A DNA stretch of 64,000 nt from an uncultured Sulfuricurvum sp. (GTDB taxonomy: Bacteria; Campylobacterota; Campylobacteria; Campylobacterales; Sulfurimonadaceae), in the NCBI GenBank assembly GCA_964553185.1, contig CAZKJU010000002.1, positions 1,281 through 65,280 of the forward strand. The letters run 5' to 3'. Numbering within the stretch: the stretch's first letter is position 1; each line of letters opens with the position of its first letter. A program made the position numbers and the translations under genes. The notes under the pieces are model-generated. The model ran no database searches. It was not told the origin of the DNA and saw nothing but the letters and a program-made list of their open reading frames with translations. Below, piece by piece: positions 60,187 to 64,000 of the stretch.

Positions 60187-60287
60187 CTGCTCCTCCAAAA
60201 AAAACAAAATACATCATATTGAAATATGATAGCACAATTATGAAAGGTTTATTTTGAAATGTGATAGAAAGTATAAAAGCGAAATAC

Positions 60288-60485
60288 TCAATGCTCAGGT
60301 GGCGGAGGGGTATATTTGTTTTGTTTGTACTCTTTGGAAAGTTTTTGGAGTTCTGAATCCATAGTTTTTGGTGGTACTTTAGGAGCGTGAATGGGGAGGA
60401 TGAAAGCAAGCAGAATAAAAACAAGACTAAAAACGACACCGCTTAAAATAGCGAGCATTATTTTAAGCTTATCATCATCCATCAC
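60288..60485 (-). CDS. Small single-TM hypothetical protein with Pro-rich tail
   Basis: GGAGGG SD and TATAAT upstream; one hydrophobic helix. Confidence 0.65.
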   Translation of the reverse strand: MMDDDKLKIMLAILSGVVFSLVFILLAFILPIHAPKVPPKTMDSELQKLSKEYKQNKYTPPPPEH

Positions 60486-60528
60486 AATCCCTCCGCTTTA
60501 GTATAGCTGGGATATTATAGCTTAAAAA

Positions 60529-61056
60529 TTATGATAGCTTGCCTGAAGATACGAGATGGTTAACAACGTCCATATTTTTCATAACACGATTGTAATAAGG
60601 GCGATTAGTAAATCCTCCATTGTAGCCGCTGATAGCATAAAAATGTTCTTGTCTTTTATTTTGGAGTAAAACCAAGTAGTAAGTGGCGACTTGAGCGGAG
60701 AGTTTAATGTCTCCTAATAATCGACCTGCGAGTTGAACATCACTGAGATTGTTGAGCCAGCGAAGTTTTTTGACGTTTTGCGACACATGGCGTGCTGTTG
60801 ATACTTGAATCTGCATAGGTCCCAAAGATGCTTTGGTAAATGATTTTTTATGTTTGAAGTCGCCGATGGTATTTTTCCCCGCACTGCTCTCCGTTAAACA
60901 AATCGCACTGAGTGTATTTTCATAGGTGTTGCCATTTTTATCGGGGATCGATTTTGCGACATCGCGTACGGTTTGTAATACGTGGAGTTGTTTAGGGGTC
61001 ATAGATTCACCAAAAAGTGATAAAGCTAGCAGTAGTAATAGGGAAAAAAATCTCAA
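60529..61056 (-). CDS. Exported lytic transglycosylase (SLT-like)
   Basis: Signal peptide; catalytic ICLTESS, GPMQI, YNGG...Y..RV. Confidence 0.82.
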   Translation of the reverse strand: MRFFSLLLLLALSLFGESMTPKQLHVLQTVRDVAKSIPDKNGNTYENTLSAICLTESSAGKNTIGDFKHKKSFTKASLGPMQIQVSTARHVSQNVKKLRWLNNLSDVQLAGRLLGDIKLSAQVATYYLVLLQNKRQEHFYAISGYNGGFTNRPYYNRVMKNMDVVNHLVSSGKLS

Positions 61057-61316
61057 ATTTGCACCTCGATTTTGGAATGTGAAATTTTAGGGTACTGGGA
61101 GAGATATAACAATGGTGTGGCCTTTCTAAATGAATCAGTTAAGAAAAAGTAATAGAAATAGGGTGTATGCTACCACACAGCGGGAAAGCTGACTTTAAGT
61201 TTTGAAGATAATATAGGTATTTATAGTTAAAAAAAGTTGAAAATATCGATGTTGATTTAAGTTTAAATGTAAAAAGTTTTCTAAAAGTATCTAAAAAAAA
61301 GGTAAAAAAACTTCTC

Positions 61317-61832
61317 ATGAGTAAAAATGAAACATTTTTTGTCCGATTAATAAATGTGATGATTTTTCTAAATACTTTGCAAGCAGATACTTCAGTAGGT
61401 ATATTAAAATCAATAGAGGATAATAGCAAGCAAATAGTATTGACTAAAAACAGTTCTCATGGGTGTGAACCTTTTGGAATTATTACCTTGGAAAAAATAC
61501 TCAGAAATGGTGCAAGTACACAAGAGTGTAAAAAGGCTGTGACTGATTTTTACACATCACATCCTCATGATAAGCAATTCGCGCGTGAACATTTATACAT
61601 TCAACAATCCTACCATTATGAAATGATTAAAGAGGGGTGTATTCTTTACGCAAATGGAAAAGAAACGTACAGTGAGATGTTGTTGCGACAAGGAGTGGCG
61701 CTAATAGATCCGGCATTTAATAATAGTGAATGGAATGGACGATTGAAATGTGCTCAAAAAGGTTCTGAACAACAAAAGAGAGGGATACATGATACGCTGA
61801 TACAAAAGTGGTGTCTTAAAGAAGAGAAATAG
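61317..61832 (+). CDS. Thermonuclease (SNase)-like exported protein, divergent
   Basis: C-terminal YSEMLLRQGVA...AQK...QKRGI resembles the SNase end. The canonical DGDT and DxYGR motifs are not present. Confidence 0.55.
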   Translation: MSKNETFFVRLINVMIFLNTLQADTSVGILKSIEDNSKQIVLTKNSSHGCEPFGIITLEKILRNGASTQECKKAVTDFYTSHPHDKQFAREHLYIQQSYHYEMIKEGCILYANGKETYSEMLLRQGVALIDPAFNNSEWNGRLKCAQKGSEQQKRGIHDTLIQKWCLKEEK

Positions 61833-61834
61833 GG

Positions 61835-62128
61835 TTATGATTCTTCGCTGGTTAGATAGATCCAATACTCTTTATGGCTTTTCCCCTGATCAAGAAAATA
61901 GAGTTGCAAGATCGCAACTCGATACAATGTGATAACCATTTTGGCATAAGGGATAGCCAATGAAAGGGATAGCCACCATGGCTGTTCCCGATCACCTTTG
62001 GTGAGCATCATCTCTTCGACTCCGATATTGTTGCTGAGATAAAGGCCAAACGCAATTGAAAAGACAAAATTGAGTATAAGTCCGAAAATCGCGTATGCAA
62101 AAAAATCGCTAGAGCCGAAATCGATCAT
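61835..62128 (-). CDS. Small membrane hypothetical protein
   Basis: Two hydrophobic segments; 6 bp downstream of ppa. Confidence 0.75.
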   Translation of the reverse strand: MIDFGSSDFFAYAIFGLILNFVFSIAFGLYLSNNIGVEEMMLTKGDREQPWWLSLSLAIPYAKMVITLYRVAILQLYFLDQGKSHKEYWIYLTSEES

Positions 62129-62134
62129 AACCGG

Positions 62135-62656
62135 TTACTCTTTATAGTTTTTAATAGCGTCTTCGAGGATTTTAGTCGCGGATGCTTTATCTTCAAACCC
62201 TTTTACTTTTACCCATTTGCCCGGTTCAAGCATTTTATAGGTTTCGAAGAAATTTTTGATTTTTGCCAAAGTATGTTTTGGAATATCGCCGAGATCTTGA
62301 ATCTCTTCAAACGTAGGATCGATTTTAGAGGTTGGGACTGCGAGAAGTTTCTCATCAATACCGCTTTCATCTTCCATAATAAGTACACCTACAAGACGGC
62401 AGTTAGTCACACACCCCTCAACCATCGGGTATTCGGTCAAGATCAAGATATCAGCCGGATCGCCGTCTTGGGAAAGAGTTTTGTTGACAAAGCCGTAGTT
62501 TGCCGGATAGTACATAGCTGAGTGCATTACACGGTCAAGCACCAACGCACCGCTCTCTTTTTCAACTTCATATTTGATGTTTGAGCCGCATGCAATTTCA
62601 ATAATTGCTTTCACTTTATCGGGATTTTCGCCGTAACCGATTTTGCTAAGATCCAT
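62135..62656 (-). CDS. ppa: Inorganic pyrophosphatase (family I)
   Basis: IKYE, YPANYGF, DGDPAD, DESGIDEK, FFETYK.LE.GKWVK. Confidence 0.97.
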   Translation of the reverse strand: MDLSKIGYGENPDKVKAIIEIACGSNIKYEVEKESGALVLDRVMHSAMYYPANYGFVNKTLSQDGDPADILILTEYPMVEGCVTNCRLVGVLIMEDESGIDEKLLAVPTSKIDPTFEEIQDLGDIPKHTLAKIKNFFETYKMLEPGKWVKVKGFEDKASATKILEDAIKNYKE

Positions 62657-62820
62657 GAGATACCTCTGTGTATAAAATAATGAGGCGGATTGTAACGCAA
62701 GAAACCAAAAGGTTGATTAAAACCAGTTGTAGTAAATCTTTTTTAATGAATTTTATACTAGAATCACGCATCGTGTAAGGATCGTGCGCGTAATCATAAT
62801 GTAAGTAGGGATACAGATAA

Positions 62821-64000
62821 ATGGCAAAAAAATACATCGATGTGATGGACACTACGTTCCGAGACGGCTTTCAGTCGGTATTTGGGGGACGAGTGTTGAT
62901 GGAAGATTTTTTCCCTGCAGTCGAAGCGGCCAAAGAGGCGGGGATTAGACATTTCGAATTTGGAGGAGGAGCACGCTTCCAAAGCCTTTTTTTCTATCTA
63001 AATGAAAATGCATTCGATATGATGGATCGTTTTCGCGCCATCGTAGGGCCGGATGCGAATTTACAAACGCTTGCCCGCGGCGTAAATACCGTAATGCTCG
63101 ATACCGGCAGCCGTGAAATGGTTGACTTGCACGCAAAAATGTTCAAAAAACACGGAACGACAACGATCCGTAACTTTGATGCACTCAATGATGTTGAAAA
63201 CCTTAAATATTCAGGTGAACGTATCGTCCACCACGGACTGAAACACGAAGTGGTCGTTACCATGATGGACCTCCCTCCAGGATGTGTCGGCGCACATGAT
63301 GTCCCTTTTTATGAAAAAACACTTCGTGAGATTTTAGATTCAGGTATTCCATATAACTCCATCTGTTTTAAAGATGCAAGCGGTACCTCCAGTCCGCAAA
63401 AAGTGTATGAAACACTTAAAATGGCACGTAAATTAGTTCCCGAGGGGACACACTTGCGTCTCCATACCCACGAAACAGCGGGTGTAAGCGTTGCATGCTA
63501 TATGGCTGCCCTTGAGGCGGGAGTAGACGGTATCGATATGGCAGCGGCTCCAGTAAGCGGCGGCACATCACAACCCGATATCTTAACCATGCTTCACGCC
63601 GTAAAAGGGAAAAACTTTGACCTTGGCGGACTAGAACTTGAAAAGATCCTCACATACGAAGAAGTATTGAATGATTGCCTCAAAGATTACTTCATGCCGC
63701 CAGAAGCGACACAAGTATCCCCTCTTATCCCATTCTCTCCAATGCCTGGGGGAGCACTGACCGCAAACACCCAAATGATGCGTGATAACAATATGCTCGA
63801 TCGTTATCCAGAAGTTATCCGTGCTATGCGTGAAGTCGTAGAAAAAGGGGGATACGGAACCTCCGTTACCCCTGTTTCCCAGTTTTACTTCCAACAAGCC
63901 CTAAACAACGCCCTTATGGGACCATGGAAAAAAATTGCACCAGGGTATGGCAAAATGGTATTGGGGTACTTCGGTAAAACCCCAACTGAGCCGGATGCAG
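62821..64000 (+). CDS. pycB: Pyruvate carboxylase subunit B / oxaloacetate decarboxylase alpha family (runs off the window; missing from the ORF track)
   Basis: Translated by hand from ATG 62821: MAKKYIDVMDTTFRDGFQS...GGGARF...RNFDALND...CFKDASG...HTHETAG...PGGAL...VTPVSQ. Confidence 0.9.
   Translation, partial: MAKKYIDVMDTTFRDGFQSVFGGRVLMEDFFPAVEAAKEAGIRHFEFGGGARFQSLFFYLNENAFDMMDRFRAIVGPDANLQTLARGVNTVMLDTGSREMVDLHAKMFKKHGTTTIRNFDALNDVENLKYSGERIVHHGLKHEVVVTMMDLPPGCVGAHDVPFYEKTLREILDSGIPYNSICFKDASGTSSPQKVYETLKMARKLVPEGTHLRLHTHETAGVSVACYMAALEAGVDGIDMAAAPVSGGTSQPDILTMLHAVKGKNFDLGGLELEKILTYEEVLNDCLKDYFMPPEATQVSPLIPFSPMPGGALTANTQMMRDNNMLDRYPEVIRAMREVVEKGGYGTSVTPVSQFYFQQALNNALMGPWKKIAPGYGKMVLGYFGKTPTEPDA

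Noticed and set aside
42671-61165. Shared 10-mer CACCCTATTT in the helicase leader and upstream of the SLT gene (minus strand 61156-65)
   Set aside because: A single 10-mer among many intergenic pairs is not distinguishable from chance by eye.
1-64000. c-di-GMP riboswitch, tRNA, rRNA, CRISPR array or IS element
   Set aside because: No GEMM-like two-stem motif, cloverleaf, regularly spaced repeats or transposase was seen in any intergenic region. An Infernal/Rfam scan would be decisive.

Overview
A 64 kb, almost fully coding chromosomal segment. It is probably from a free-living Campylobacterota (Sulfuricurvum/Sulfurimonas-like). That is an inference from the AHQWRQP kinase H-boxes, REC-less CheB, split PAS+MCP Aer-like pairs, TGnTATAAT-type promoters and the pycB type. 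The window is dominated by signal transduction: 15 genes with GGDEF/EAL/HD-GYP domains, 4 MCPs, 2 stand-alone PAS proteins, 4 histidine kinases, 6 intact REC-domain proteins, cheB/cheR and a hemerythrin. Other genes include an RhlE-type helicase, ppa, pycB (cut at the right edge) and a TonB-dependent receptor (cut at the left edge). The strongest unannotated signal is a direct repeat, TGCaACa-N4-TGCaACa, lying exactly 9 bp upstream of a -10-like hexamer in five predicted promoters between 4.5 and 21.9 kb. It appears to define a self-contained regulon, probably controlled by the local OmpR-family regulator. That regulon contains a FIST (NosP-like) kinase, three more kinases, active and dead c-di-GMP enzymes, an Aer-like receptor pair, an orphan exported double-POTRA protein and a beta-propeller/helical-repeat protein. 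Other notable modules are a LamB porin + sugar-binding protein + GGDEF-EAL trio with no ABC permease, and a LOV diguanylate cyclase coupled to PAP2/DgkA lipid enzymes. I recognised no rRNA, tRNA, CRISPR array or transposase. All domain calls are by eye from motifs, not from database searches.
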